64,000 bases of DNA from Vicugna vicugna. Lineage: Eukaryota. Every line of letters starts with the position of its first letter. Position 1 is the stretch's first letter. Made by a program: the position numbers and the translations under genes. Below the pieces are notes generated by a model, which saw only the letters and a list, made by a program, of their open reading frames with translations, ran no database searches and was not told the origin of the DNA. Shown here piece by piece: positions 1 to 11,689 of this stretch. The stretch spans positions 186,001-250,000 of the forward strand of contig MU059537.1 of assembly GCA_013265495.1 (NCBI GenBank), in the 5' to 3' direction.

Positions 1-420
1 TGACTGTGACACGCTGTGTTACTACTGCAGCTCGAACGGGTTTCTTTTGCGGTTACTTTTCTCTTAATGTGCTCCTCCGCCGGTGACTCCAAGGCCAACT
101 GTCCTCGCGGTCACCCTCATCAAAGGCAGAAGGACAGTGAATTGCCGCAGCTCAGAGGCCGTGCCGCCCGGCCTCCGGGGCTCCGGCTCCCCGCCCCCCG
201 TGCTCCCTTCCAGAATGCCCACGGCTGTGAGCGGAAGTTTCCACTAACGTGGCTCCCCAGAGTCGGTTCCACTGTCAGCGCTCTGATCCGGGGACTCAGC
301 GGAGGGGGGGACAGGGAATTCTCTGGAATTCCTGCCCCGGAGGGAGGCTGGCAGGAGGCCCCTTTCTGCTCCCAGGGCTTCCGCTCCTGCTGGGAATTCC
401 TGCACTAGCCTCTCCTCCCC
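1..420. promoter_or_regulatory. CpG-rich enhancer/promoter-like element with RUNX, ETS and four NF-kB-like sites
   Basis: TGCGGTT 48-54; CGGAAGT 232-238 overlapping GGAAGTTTCC 233-242; GGGAATTCTC 314-323; GGAATTCC 325-332; GGGAATTCC 392-400; CpG-dense 60-330. Motif content only. Confidence 0.5.
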
Positions 421-1169
421 TCAGGGCCTCGGTTCCTCGTCTGTGAGGTGAGCCCCCACCCACCTCTCTGCCCTCGCTGTCCCATGTCATCATGCCTGGA
501 GAGCCCTTCGCACCCTGACACGCAGCCCCAGCCTCCCCGAGGTGCTCCCTCTACTCGTAGCCCTCCCACCTCACCCCCCGCAGGACTGTCGTCTCCGGGG
601 CCCCTGGCTGGGGGTGCTGCTGCGAGCCAGGCATGGGCCAACTTGGCGTGCAGACAGCATCACCCCTGCCCTGCTTTCCAGGCAGGAAACCCAAGCTCAG
701 ACGGGCCAGACCGGGCTGCAGACTTGCCCAGGGCTGGCTGCTGGGCAGCTCTGGACCCAGGGCTGGACCCTTCCCCGCTGGGCCACTGCCCACCTGGAGA
801 CACCTGCTGCGGCTTCCCCAGGTGGCCTGGTGGGGTGGGGGAGCCTTCCCAGAGCCCCTCCTCCACCCTGTGCCCTGGCTAGGCCTGAACACCTGCCCCC
901 CGCCCCAGGGAGGGACAGAGGAGTGTAACCTCCCCAGGTCTCAGGCCTTGGTGCCCAGACAGGCAGGTGGTGACCCTGCCAGTGAGGCCACCAGGGCCTG
1001 GGAAACCATGATCCTCTGGCCGCCCCCCAAACATGACAGCCTCTTCTAGGTGTGTCTCTGTGTACATGGCCGTGTGTGCATGTGTGCAAGTCTGTCTGCA
1101 CGCGTGTGATGACGGCCATCCTCACAGCCTGAAGGAGTGATGTCCTGGCTCAGGACCGGCCCACCTGAT

Positions 1170-1232
1170 GCTGGGAGACCTGGGGCAGTTCACCTCCCTG
1201 TCCAGGCCTATTTCACGTTTGTGACATGGGGA
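1170..1232 (+). mobile_element. MIR SINE fragment
   Basis: gctgggagacctggggcagttcacctccctg...tttgtgacatgggg resembles the MIR core (gctgtgtgaccttgggcaag...ctgtaaaatgggg). Confidence 0.45.
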
Positions 1233-2889
1233 GTGGGTAGGGACGTCTGCGTGGCCTTTCACGGATGACAGACATTGTCTGACCCTCACACACGAGTTGG
1301 GTGGGGGCTAGTCACCCGCGCGTGGCAGACGAGGAGACGGAGGATGGGCCCTGGCCGCGCTGGCCCGGAACCCGGCTCTGCCCCAGCGCACCCTCCACCG
1401 CCCACGCTGGTGTGCGGGAGGTGAACGGCTTCCCGGCGGCTCTGGGCAGATTCATTCGGCAGCCCCAGGGACAGATGCACCGCGTGTCAGACCCCTGTGG
1501 AGACACCGCGCGAGAACTCCGTCCTGCGTTGCCTCTGCTGAGAAATTCCCACACGGTGGGAACTTCTGGCTATCTGGGGATATAGATCCTCGCAGAAGCC
1601 GAGATGCCCTCTCCATCAGGTTTCCATCTACGTCTGTGAAAAGGAGAGTCAATCACAGAGGTGCGAGGAAGGGGTGGGGACAAGCGAGAGGGAGTGTGCT
1701 GAGCCTGGCACCGGGAGGTCAGCCCTACAGGCTTCCAGAGAGATCGGGGCGGAGGAGGGCGTCCAGCCCGCGGCCTCACAGGAGCCGCTGTGAGTGAGTT
1801 CGACCGGGATGCCGGCGCCACTGGGCTGGGAAATCAGCTGGCCCCCGGGTGAGAGGGGCAGGACAGCACCCCAGGGGCATGGCCGCAGCTGGCAGGGGGT
1901 GGGCTCTTGCCGACCCCCGGGGTTTCCTTCCCCACAAGCGTGCCAGCCCGAGGACATGGCGCCTGGGTGGGAGCCGCAGAGTCTTGCTTGGCTGGATGTC
2001 CGCCCTCGGCCTGCTGACCCCCTGCGGATGGACAGCCAGAGTCATCTCAGCGCATCTCAGGTCGGAATCTGGCCCCGGGGTCCTGATGCGGCTGCAGATC
2101 CAGCCCTGCCGTTTCTCTGACTGCTCAACCTTACCTGTGAAATGGGGAATTAGTAAATTTCCCTTAAATGTTTGACCAGGTGACGTTAGGGAATCTAGGA
2201 AGGTACCAGATAAACGTAGCCCTTTCCTGCCAGCACTTCCTGCAGTGGGCTGGCCGCCCAGATGGCGAGTGCCCGTCTCTGGAGCGGGTGAGAACCCTCC
2301 TCGCCCCCAGGCCTGGGTAACTGGCTGAGGCGGCCCCAGAGGCCCTGCCAAGTAGGGATCAAGAGGGAATGCAAGAACCCTGGGGACAGGAGGGAGCCAC
2401 CCCTGCTTAGGACCATGGAAGTCCTCCTTGAGATCACATTTCATTCCCGCATGCTGAAGCGGGAGGCACCTTCTCTGTGCTTCTGCCCCAAGCTGGGAGG
2501 GGCTGATGGCTCCCGAGGGGAGCGCACGGTGCAGTGAGACGCCAGGGAGACTGAATTCAATTACGCGCCAGGTGTTATGTATGTGGTGCCCTGTGAGCGC
2601 ATTGATCCCTCAGGGTGACAGATCGGTTATGAATCGGGTAATAGACCAGCTTGTAAATAAAATATATTGGATTGTGCAGGCAGCCTGGCTAGGTATCAGC
2701 TTGAGGGGAGTGGGGCAGAGTTACGAGCCTGGGAGGAATAGTCTCAGGCAGGGTGGCCGGGGCGCCGGCTGTTCACCCAGCACCACAGCCACTGCTGGAC
2801 TCACACCTGGGACCCAGGGAGCTGGGAAATCCCATGTCCGCGAGGGCTGCATGTTCCAGCGACCTGCCGGGGGTTACCTGGGCCCCCTC

Positions 2890-3045
2890 TGATGACCCTC
2901 ATGCCCAAGAGTCTGATGGCATCATCATAGCACTGCAGCTGGACAAGCCATGTTCAGAGAGGCTAAGAGGCTTGTCCTGTGTCACACAGCAAGGAGGCAG
3001 ATAAGGGTTTCAAAGCCAGACAGACTGACTTGTGCCCTTCCCTTC
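2890..3045 (-). mobile_element. MIR SINE fragment
   Basis: cagagaggctaagaggcttgtcctgtgtcacacagc...ggtttcaaagccagacagactgac resembles the reverse MIR core. Confidence 0.6.
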
Positions 3046-4227
3046 CTGGTCAGCAGTTCTGAGCTAGGTGAGGGGGACAGGCAGAAGGGGGCCCCTCGGA
3101 GGGGTCCTGGCTCAGTCCAGTGCTGGGCCTGTGTGACCTCGACCTTGGCGTATTTCAGACAAGGACAGGGACCTACTCAGAGGGCCAGGGAGGAGAGACC
3201 AGGGCAGGGCCTGGTTTGCCTGTGGACCTCAAACGGAGGCCCCTCAGATCAGAGCTGGGGGCTGGGTGTAGGCGAGGGGGCGGGGGTGGGTCATAGCTCA
3301 GCGCCCCGGAGAGACACACTGGGGCTGTCACAAGTGGGTGACTGAGGCTGTTCACTAGCTGTCTCCCCCTTCCACACCCCCCTAAAAGGGCAGAGATCCT
3401 TCCAGAGACGTGCAGAGCCAGCCAGGCCCACACAGAGGATTGCAGGGAGGGGCTGAGTGATTGAATGGAGTGGGTGTCAGGGAGAGTATCCATCTCTGGG
3501 ATCAAGACCAGCCTGAGGGACAAACAAGGGTCAGAGTCAGTGTGTGACCAGGGCCAGAGTTCAGAGAGTGACCAGAGCCAGGGCACCCCTGCATCTGTGC
3601 TTGGGGCTCAGAGCCCAGCACTGAGACGGGCGAGGTGTCCTGGGCCACACGAGTTGGAGCTCTAGTCTCCTGGACCTTTGCTCCATCCCTCAGTCAAATA
3701 TTTGACCAAGAATAGCAGGAGACACACAGTGTTTGGGGTCTGGCCAGGCCCCCCTGGGACAGGAGCTCCCAGGCCCCTGCCCCTGCTGAAGCCCCGGTGG
3801 CTGAGGGAGCCCCAAGCTCGAACGAGCACCTTTGGGGGGGTCCAGCGGGGGAGGGAGGAGGGCTCGGTCCATCTCTCTTCACGCCTCCTCACGGCTCTGC
3901 TGGCTTCTTGGTAATCTTCATGGGGTTCAATTATTGTATCTTCAATTGATATGAGCACTCTCAATGGTTCTTAATGTTCGTATTAAATCTTCCATGTAAA
4001 ACGTCTTTAATGTTCAGCATGAAACACCTCGTCATGGCCAGGAATGCAGTACGGAGGCCTTGACAGATGCCGCGGGCCCTCCAGGGCGGCTGAGAGGCAT
4101 CCTTGTCCCTGGGCCCCCACCAGCGGGGCCAAGAGTCCCTCCTCGTTCCTGCGGCTGGAAGATTCTGTGATGGGAACTGACCTGAAGGAAGACGAGGGCT
4201 GAGGTCGGAGGTTGGGAGCAAACACAC

Positions 4228-4480
4228 TGTATTAGTTTTCTTGTTTCTGCTGAAACAAATGACATCAACTTAGTGACTTAAAACCTCATTTATCCATTGC
4301 TCACTGTTGTAGAGGTCAGAAATCCAAAAATGAGTCTAAGGGGCTAAACTCCAGGTGCTGGCAGAACTGGTCCTTCTGGAGGCTCCAGTAGAGAATGTTT
4401 CCTCATCTCTCCCTTAAGGGCCCTTGTGACTACACGCGGGGTGCCGAGATAACCCAGGACAATTGCCCTTTCAACCCCTC
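4228..4480 (-). mobile_element. MLT1 (MaLR) LTR remnant, MLT1C/D-like
   Basis: tgtattagttttcttg...aacttagtgacttaaaac...gtagaggtcagaaatccaaaaatgagtct...ccttctggaggctccagtagagaat follows the reverse MLT1 consensus. Confidence 0.8.
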
Positions 4481-4879
4481 TCCATACCGCAGCCTGGGGG
4501 CCGCCGTGGGGCAGGACCCGTGAAGGCAGCGGCGGGCTTGTAGTGCGCGGCAGCCCGGACAGCCCTGCGGGGACGAGTCCTGCCCTCTGGGTGAGGAAGG
4601 CCTGAGCTGCCTCCTCCTGGCCTTGAGGGGGGACACCAGGGCTCCGCGTCCTGCCTCCCTCTTCGTGGGCTGGGGCACTGCCCCTTCCCTGGGCCCCACG
4701 CCTGTGGCTGTTAAAAGCAGCCTCCCTCCTGAGATTCCTGTGGCCCTTGAGTGACGCCAGGATGGACATCAGGGACCTCACCTGGGCATCCAGACCACGT
4801 ACAGGCTCTGGTCTCGACCTAACTCCCCCACTTGCCACACATTCACTCACTCCAGTATTTTCCCACAGCCCCTGCTCTC

Positions 4880-5040
4880 CTGCACACAGCCCTGCACATT
4901 CAATGTTCCTTTGGCGTGCAATCCTCGCACACCCCCTTTCCAGGGGCAAACTTCTGTTCACACTTCAAGATGTAGTTTTGGTATCTCCTCCTCCAGGAAG
5001 TCTTCCCTGATTGCACCCACACTCTGCAACTCCTCCCACT
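4880..5040 (+). mobile_element. L2 LINE 3' fragment
   Basis: cttcaagatgtag...ctcctcctccaggaagtcttccctgattgcaccc is typical of the L2 3' region. Confidence 0.55.
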
Positions 5041-6134
5041 CCCTGTGAGCTGCAGCCCTCATCCAAGGCTGCTTTCCCTGCCCAGAGCAGCTGCCTGACC
5101 TCTTTCAGGGGGTCTTTTCCTCGCTGGGCTCAGGGGCTGCTGGCCCGGGGTGTGCTGCTTGCATGGCCACATTATCTCATCTGTAATTGATGCTTCCTGT
5201 CACTCTCCTGTCTTCTTGGAACAGCTTCTGGGTTTATTGAATCTGGAAAGAAAGGAGAGAGAGAAAGGAGAGCCACTTGCTTGGCACAAATCAGTGGTTC
5301 TGACAATTTTATTAAATAATGGGGTGGCTCAGCCACGTTGTAAAATGAGGTGCTGGGGAGAAGGCAGGGGCTGGGGCTGGAGTTGCAGAAGGAGCCTGGC
5401 CTCTTCCAGAATCGCTCCAGGGGTCTCCTTCATCTGTGGGAGATGTGGGTTCAACTCTAGGTCTCCTACTTAATGGCTGGGTGACCACGAGGAGATGGCC
5501 GGTCCCCAGAGGCCTGGGGCCTCCCTTGCTCCCTTCCCGGGCCCGGTGCCCGCAGTGCTCCTGGCCTGCTGCCCGGGGTCACTGAGAAGCGCTGAGCTGT
5601 GTGACTTACAGCCTCTCACAGGAAAGGGGAGGAGGGCAGAGGCCAAGGGAGAGCGGAGAAAGGCGAGGAACCCATGTTTTCGGAGGCTTCCCTGGGTGCC
5701 AGGAGCCAGCCGCTGGCCCCTGTGACCGGGACGCTGGCTGAGCAGGGCCGCCGCCAGCTCCTGGGTAGGACAGCAGGTGCACGTGGGCGGGGAGCTCCGC
5801 TAAGGCGGGTGCCGGCGCTGGAGCGGCTGTGTGTTGTGTCGGGCCCAGTTTTCGTGGCCCACGGTGGGGTGACATCAGTGAATGAACCTGGGAGTGGCGT
5901 CATGAGCGGGAGGATGCCCCTCCCACCTCCTCCCACCTGACACCTGGGGAAGGTGAGGGGCAGAGACACATGGAGTCCTGGCCTGAGTCCATGACACTGG
6001 CAGCTTCTACCCGGGCCCCTGGGTAAAACAGACACCCCCCACCCCCTCCACCTCAAGGGGCTGCCTGAGGATGAGATGAGCACAAGCATGGAAGGTTCTG
6101 GATCAAACAGTCCGGCCCGTGGGGAACTGGCATT

Positions 6135-6285
6135 GATGATAATGTTTACATATGGTGCCTAATTTTCACACTGATTCTCATCCTAAACCAGTGAGGAAGT
6201 AGAGTAGTCACAGCTCGTGGCCCAGAGAGATCAGGACGCTTGCCTGGGGCCACACAGCTCAGAAGAGTCAGAGCCTGGGCAGAGA
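6135..6285 (-). mobile_element. MIR SINE fragment
   Basis: gcccagagagatcaggacgcttgcctggggccacacagctcagaagagtcagagcctggg resembles the reverse MIR core. Confidence 0.6.
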
Positions 6286-7194
6286 CGAGGCCCAGGCCCT
6301 CTCACCTGGCAGTGCCCCATGGCCCCCAGGGGCCCCACTGATGCTGGGATGGACCCTCGCCTGGTGGGAGTATCACCTGCTTCCTGCCCTGGCCAGCACC
6401 ATCCATCTCAGCACTCCAGACTTCGGACGCTTGTGCCCGGGCAGGAGAGGCCGAGACAAACCAACGGGGCACCACGCGTTCCAGAACGTCCTGGGTAAGT
6501 TGCCCAGAAACCAGAAACACTTGCTCTGCAGGCTGGAGGATGCTCAGCAGAATACGCAGGCACTTGCGGTTCTCTGCTTAACAGCCCTCACCTTTCTGGG
6601 GGAGCTGACAGTATCTGAGCTCTGATGGCTTTTGCAGATCAGCGGAGTCTCAGGGGCTGCGGGCTGGTGGGGGCCCGGGGCCTGGTGAGGCCGAGGTAGG
6701 TGCGGCCCTGCAGGTGCCGGTGGAGCAGCGTTCATCCAGCGGGGGCTGGGGTCACAGAGGTCAACTCATCCCATCCATGGGCAGGGCAGGCAAGATTCCA
6801 CTGAATCACAGCCAAAAAAAAAAAAAATCAGACCAAAATAATGGTCAATAAAAAGTGATTCTCTCCTCTCTCCGACACACAGGCAGCTCCTCAGCGTGTG
6901 AACGGGTTTGAGCTGTGGGTTTGTGGAGAGGGCAGGGAGGTGTCTGGGGTGCTCTGGATGGGGAATCAGGCCCTGCCAGGGAGCCCGCAGCCCAGAAGGC
7001 TGCTCGCCACGCATCTGCCTGGGCTCCTGATTCCTTCTTCAGGTTTGGACTGGACTCGGATTTCTTCTCCTCCCACGTGCTCCCAGGGCAAGTCCATCCC
7101 TACCTCCCTCCTTCAGAGCTCCGGGAAGAGTCGAGGGGCTGACCCCCAGTGCTAGTGGTCCTGCCTGAGGCTTTGGGCCAAAAGCCCTAGGTCC

Positions 7195-7270
7195 ACCATT
7201 AAGTCACTCAACAAACATGTACTGGCTCCTCTCTGAGGGGGCCCTGTGCTGGGGGCCTGGGGAGCCCCTG
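7195..7270 (-). mobile_element. L2 3' end fragment
   Basis: cactcaacaaacatgtactgg...ccctgtgctgggggcctgggga resembles the reverse L2 terminus. Confidence 0.45.
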
Positions 7271-8259
7271 GGAAAATCAGATACAAACCCCTAGGAAGTG
7301 ACCCAAGAAGTTGGTGCAGGGATGGACTTCAGAACTTCAGGGACCTCCCCCAGGAGGGCACGGGGCAAGGAACCCACGGGGAGTGGGGTCCAGGTGGAGG
7401 AGCCAAGCAGAGGCCTGGGGTGGGCTCCCTCTGCTGCTTCAGAGCCCACCGCCTCCAGCCCGCTGTCAGGCAGCAAGACCACCAGGCATCTGGGGCCGGT
7501 AGGTGAGGAGAGGTGGGAGGGGCCTGTCCTGTCCCACACGGGACGGAGCCTCCCTCCAGGGTAACTTAGTGTCTGTCTGCTGAAGACAGGAGTCTGCGTA
7601 CTAGGCCTCCCTGACGGGGCGCCCTCTTTCAAGGCTGCTGTGGGCACCAGAGGCTCTGGCTCCCTGCTGGGCTGACCTCCCACCTCTGACCCCTGACACG
7701 TTGGGACATCCCCAGATGGACAAGCTGTGTGTGCAGCAAAGACCAAAAAAAGTAAGTTGAACAAATCTTTGAAGAACTCCTCTCTCCACGCCCCGACGCC
7801 CGCTCCCGCCCTCAGGCTGTCTTCTCTAAATAGACCAAAACATGTTAATTTTTTGAACAAATCAAGCCATGCATTACACATTTTTATGTTGTTGAGCTAA
7901 CAAAGTGACTTTGGAGCTATAAAAGGCACCAGCATACGCATTCCCTTTATTTCTGCCTCCTGACGGGCCCTCAGCCCTTGCTGCCCCGCCGTGGCCCTGA
8001 CTGGGCCCCAGCTTCACCTGGCCCCACAGGTCTGGGCCCAGCCCCATCACGTAGCAGTGGCCAGTGACCCTGACCCTCCTGGCCTTCTCAAGGCCTCCTG
8101 AAGCCCCTCTGATGTGCATGTGCTGGCGAGAGTCAGCTTGGCACTGGAGGCCTCCACGTCTCCCTGTCCCTGAGTCTCCTCATGAATCTTGCTGACCCTT
8201 CTCCCCCCACAAATATTCCTCACCTCTGTGTCTCCTGAAAATGCTCCTCACTTACCCTT

Positions 8260-8330
8260 GGGTCAGCTGGTGAACTCCTATGCATCCTTCAAAACCCAGC
8301 TCAATGTTCCCTCCTCTGTGAAATTTCCTG
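8260..8330 (+). mobile_element. L2 fragment
   Basis: gaactcctatgcatccttcaaaacccagctcaatgttccctcctctgtgaa resembles the L2 3' region. Confidence 0.5.
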
Positions 8331-11300
8331 TCAGTCAGTACGCTGACAGACTATGTTTGTCTCCTCTTGAAGCCAAAAGGACAGCTTGGACTGCTGGGCC
8401 AGCAAAAGCCCAGACTAGGGAGGGAGGAGTTGGGGGTGGTTCTGAGAGGCTCAGGGCGAGGCAGTGTCCACAGCCTGGGTGGGAGGGGCCACCCTGGTTT
8501 GGGGTGGCTGGAGTGTCCAGGCAAGGCTGGGGCCTGGCATGGTCATCAAAGATGAGGTCACGGAGGCCCCATGCCTGGCTGATGGCTCCTGTCACCACTG
8601 AGCACACCTGTCCTTGGCCTGAGTGCCTGTGCCCTGGGGCCCACACAGCCCCAGACGCGACCTGAGTCCTGCCCCGGTGGCCCTCTCTGGACTCGGTGAT
8701 GTTGGAGCCCGGATCAGGTGACAGTGGCCAGTGCTGTCCTTCTCTGGGCTGTCCTGGCAGGGGAGTGTGTGTCTCAGAGTTCAAAGGCCAGCTGCCCCTG
8801 CTGAGCGCATGGCACCAGGCAGGCCTGGCTCTCAGCCCTGAGGCCGCGGTGCCTGGAGCAGGGGCGCGACGCTGCCTGGGGGAAGGCGAGGGGGCTGCCC
8901 TGTGTGCCGAGGCCCCGCTCCGGGCTGACGCCGGGCCGGCCTCCCCCGACTCCCGCCTGGAAAGTGAGGACACGAGCTGCTGCCTCGCAGTGCCTCCCAC
9001 CCCGTGTCTGGGGCAGACGCTGTCCCTTTGACCTCTGAGCCGGGAGACAGTTTGCTAATGGGGGGCATTTGACAGCTGGTGGTGTCTGAAGAGGGAGGCC
9101 AGGTGGGCCTGAGGCCGGCATCCAGCCCATCTGGGACCCCAGGCCTGCGTGTGGGGTGAACGGCAGGTCAGCGGGCTGCTGGCACCTGTGCCCGGCGCGG
9201 GCCCGAGGCTCGTGCTGACGGCAGCGTCCGCGGCGGCCCCTGAGCCCTCCCAACCCGGGCCAGTGCAGGGAGGGACAGCTCTGGCCGAGAGGAGGGGACA
9301 GGGGGCCACTCTCACCCCAGGACAAGCCCCTGAGCCCGGCTCCCAGGGGCCTGCCTGTGCATGTGTGGGCGCACACGCTTGCACACGGGTGTGAGTGAGC
9401 TCACTGAAGTGTGGGTACATGCGCACGTGTAGGTGAGCACAAATGTGCGTGCCTGTGAGTGCAGTTAACCTGCTTGGTGTAGACGTGTGGTTTCCTGTGC
9501 CCGGCCCTGGGACACTGCCTGGGACCCTGGGACAGCTCCCACCCTGCCCTGACCACCGCCCTGGGTCAGAAGGAGAGCGTCCAGCTTTCTCTCCAGTCTC
9601 CTCCAGCCACGGTGATTGCTCCCGCGATGGGGCTGGTCTGTGACCTTGCCGAGGGCCCCCGTGTTCCGGCTCAGGAGGGCTCTGCTCCCCACCTCTTGCT
9701 GAGCCCCAGGCTTCACCTCCTTTCTGGAGAAGCCCCCTTGGAGGAGCCTGAGGCAGCCCCCGCACGTCTGCCTGCCTTTCTGGGCACGCAGCCTGTCTGT
9801 CTCTGGTCTCCATCCCAGCTCTGGTATTTTTTCGTCCATAAATGATATTGTTTACTTGCTAAAAATGCTCTCCTCCCCCGTGGCCCCCAGGAGGCTCTGA
9901 TAGACAAGTGCCCTCCCCTCCCAACAGAATGCTGACCCCCAGGGCCCCCTGGGGAGGTGTAGTGGGCCTGAACCAGCCCCAAGGGAACCAGACAGCTGGC
10001 GGAGGAATGGAACAGATGGAGGCCGGGGCCAGGCCGGGAAGCCTGAGATGGGGCTCAGCCCCCACGGGTGGGACCCGGGCAGGCCCCACTTGGCCTCTGC
10101 AGCCCCGTGGGTCAGGCCCCAGGTGTGGGAGGGACTGGGAAGGTGTCCCAGCCTCACCTCTTCCAGACTTTGGCTCCCTCTCCCAGGCCACAGCCAAGGG
10201 TCGCCAGGTTGTCCGACCCCCGGAGGATGGAGGCCTCCCAGCCCCTCAGCCTACTGTGTTAATCCCGTGGTCCCACCTGTGCCCCCTTGCTCATGTGGGG
10301 ACTCTGGCCTCTTGAGGTGGCAGGGCCTCAGGAGCTCCCCTGCCTGGCGCCAGCAGTCCCCTGAGGGCCTGTGCCCCTGGAGGGTCACCACGGGATGGGC
10401 CTGGGCCATCTGCCCCTTCCTGGATGGGAATGCATCTGGATGCCAGGGGCCCCAGCTCCATTCCCCTGAGGCGCAGATCTGTAAGCCGGCCCTGGTATCA
10501 TGCGACTTGCTCTTCTCCAGTATCCTGGAGCATCCTGCGTGCTGGCCCCACACAGCCTTTCTCAATGCTTCCCCCACCCCCAGACCCACGGGATCAGAAT
10601 CCTGCTGTAACAGGTCCCTGGGACCAGGGCACATTAATATTTGAGATATCCCTCCCCTTCCTGGGGCTTATAGCCTTGTGGGCAACTGTCGGTGAACAGG
10701 CGGTCACAATCTTGGGGCACAGAGCTCTTCAGATGAATTTCGTCCTGAACCTGAGGCTCTGGGAGGAGGGCACCCCTGCCTCTGTGCTGGTGATGGGCTC
10801 ACAGTGGCCTGAGTTGGGGGGTGAACCCTGGACCCTACGTGGCCAGGCCCTGCTCTGCAGCCTCCGCACCTGCGTCAGAGACCTACCCCCTTGTCCGCTA
10901 GGGTTGGGGAGGATTCAAGGGACTTCCTTTGAGATTCTGTTATGACCTGCCGTGTGCAGGCTCCATGCTGGGTGACAACCAGGGGACCAGGACATAGCCC
11001 TGCCCAGCAGGGCCCACGCAGGTCAAGGAGACAACGGGTGGTGGGCTGGGCGTAAGAAGTGGTGGAGACTCAGGCGGGGAGAGGCGGACGCATGCCTGCC
11101 CCCGGGGCAGGTTCCTGCTACCCTGTCCTCCTGGGGCCTGACGCCCCGGGGGAGGGGGGCGCAGCCACAGCGGAGGCCCTGTATTGGAGGGGGTGGTCTC
11201 CTGAAGGGAGCTTCAGAGAGGCCGGGCACGCGGGTGGGCAGCCGGGCAGGGGCCGTAGCCTCATGGTAACCCTTGGCTCTGGGTTTAGGGGAGGGCGGGA

Positions 11301-11385
11301 AGGGCCCTTAGGTAGAAAGAGAGCGGGTGTGGAGTCAGGAGAAACTTGTCTGCATCCTGGCCATGCTGCTCACCAGCGATGGGCA

Positions 11386-11685
11386 TGAGCACCAGTGATG
11401 GTAAGTGTGATAAGACGGTGGTGGTGATGACAGTGATGAGGAAGGTGATGGTGATGATATAAATGGTGATGGTGGTGATGATGTCAATAGTGATGATGGT
11501 GGTGATTGAGATGGTGATGGTGGTGATGACAGTGATGAGGAAGGTGATGGTGATGGTGACGAGGAAAGTGATGGCAATGATACCAGTGGTGATGGTGGTG
11601 AGGATGATGATGAAGATAATGATGGCAACAATGATGGTGGTCATGATGGTGATGATGGTGATGATAGTGGTGATGATGGGATGCT
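11386..11685. repeat. Degenerate (GAT/GGT)n trinucleotide repeat
   Basis: About 300 bp of gtgatg/gtggtg triplets, with a 36-nt internal duplication at 11421-11456 and 11520-11555. Confidence 0.92.
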
Positions 11686-11689
11686 GAAA

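Noticed and set aside
9055-9813. Longest GC-rich ORFs (252 aa here; also 17744-18520 and 41408-42109)
   Set aside because: Pro/Gly/Ala/Arg-rich composition, open overlapping frames on both strands and no recognisable domain; expected where stop codons are rare.
11285-11687. Thr/Ile-, Ser/Pro- and Met/Val-rich ORFs
   Set aside because: They are direct translations of the (GAT/GGT)n repeat.
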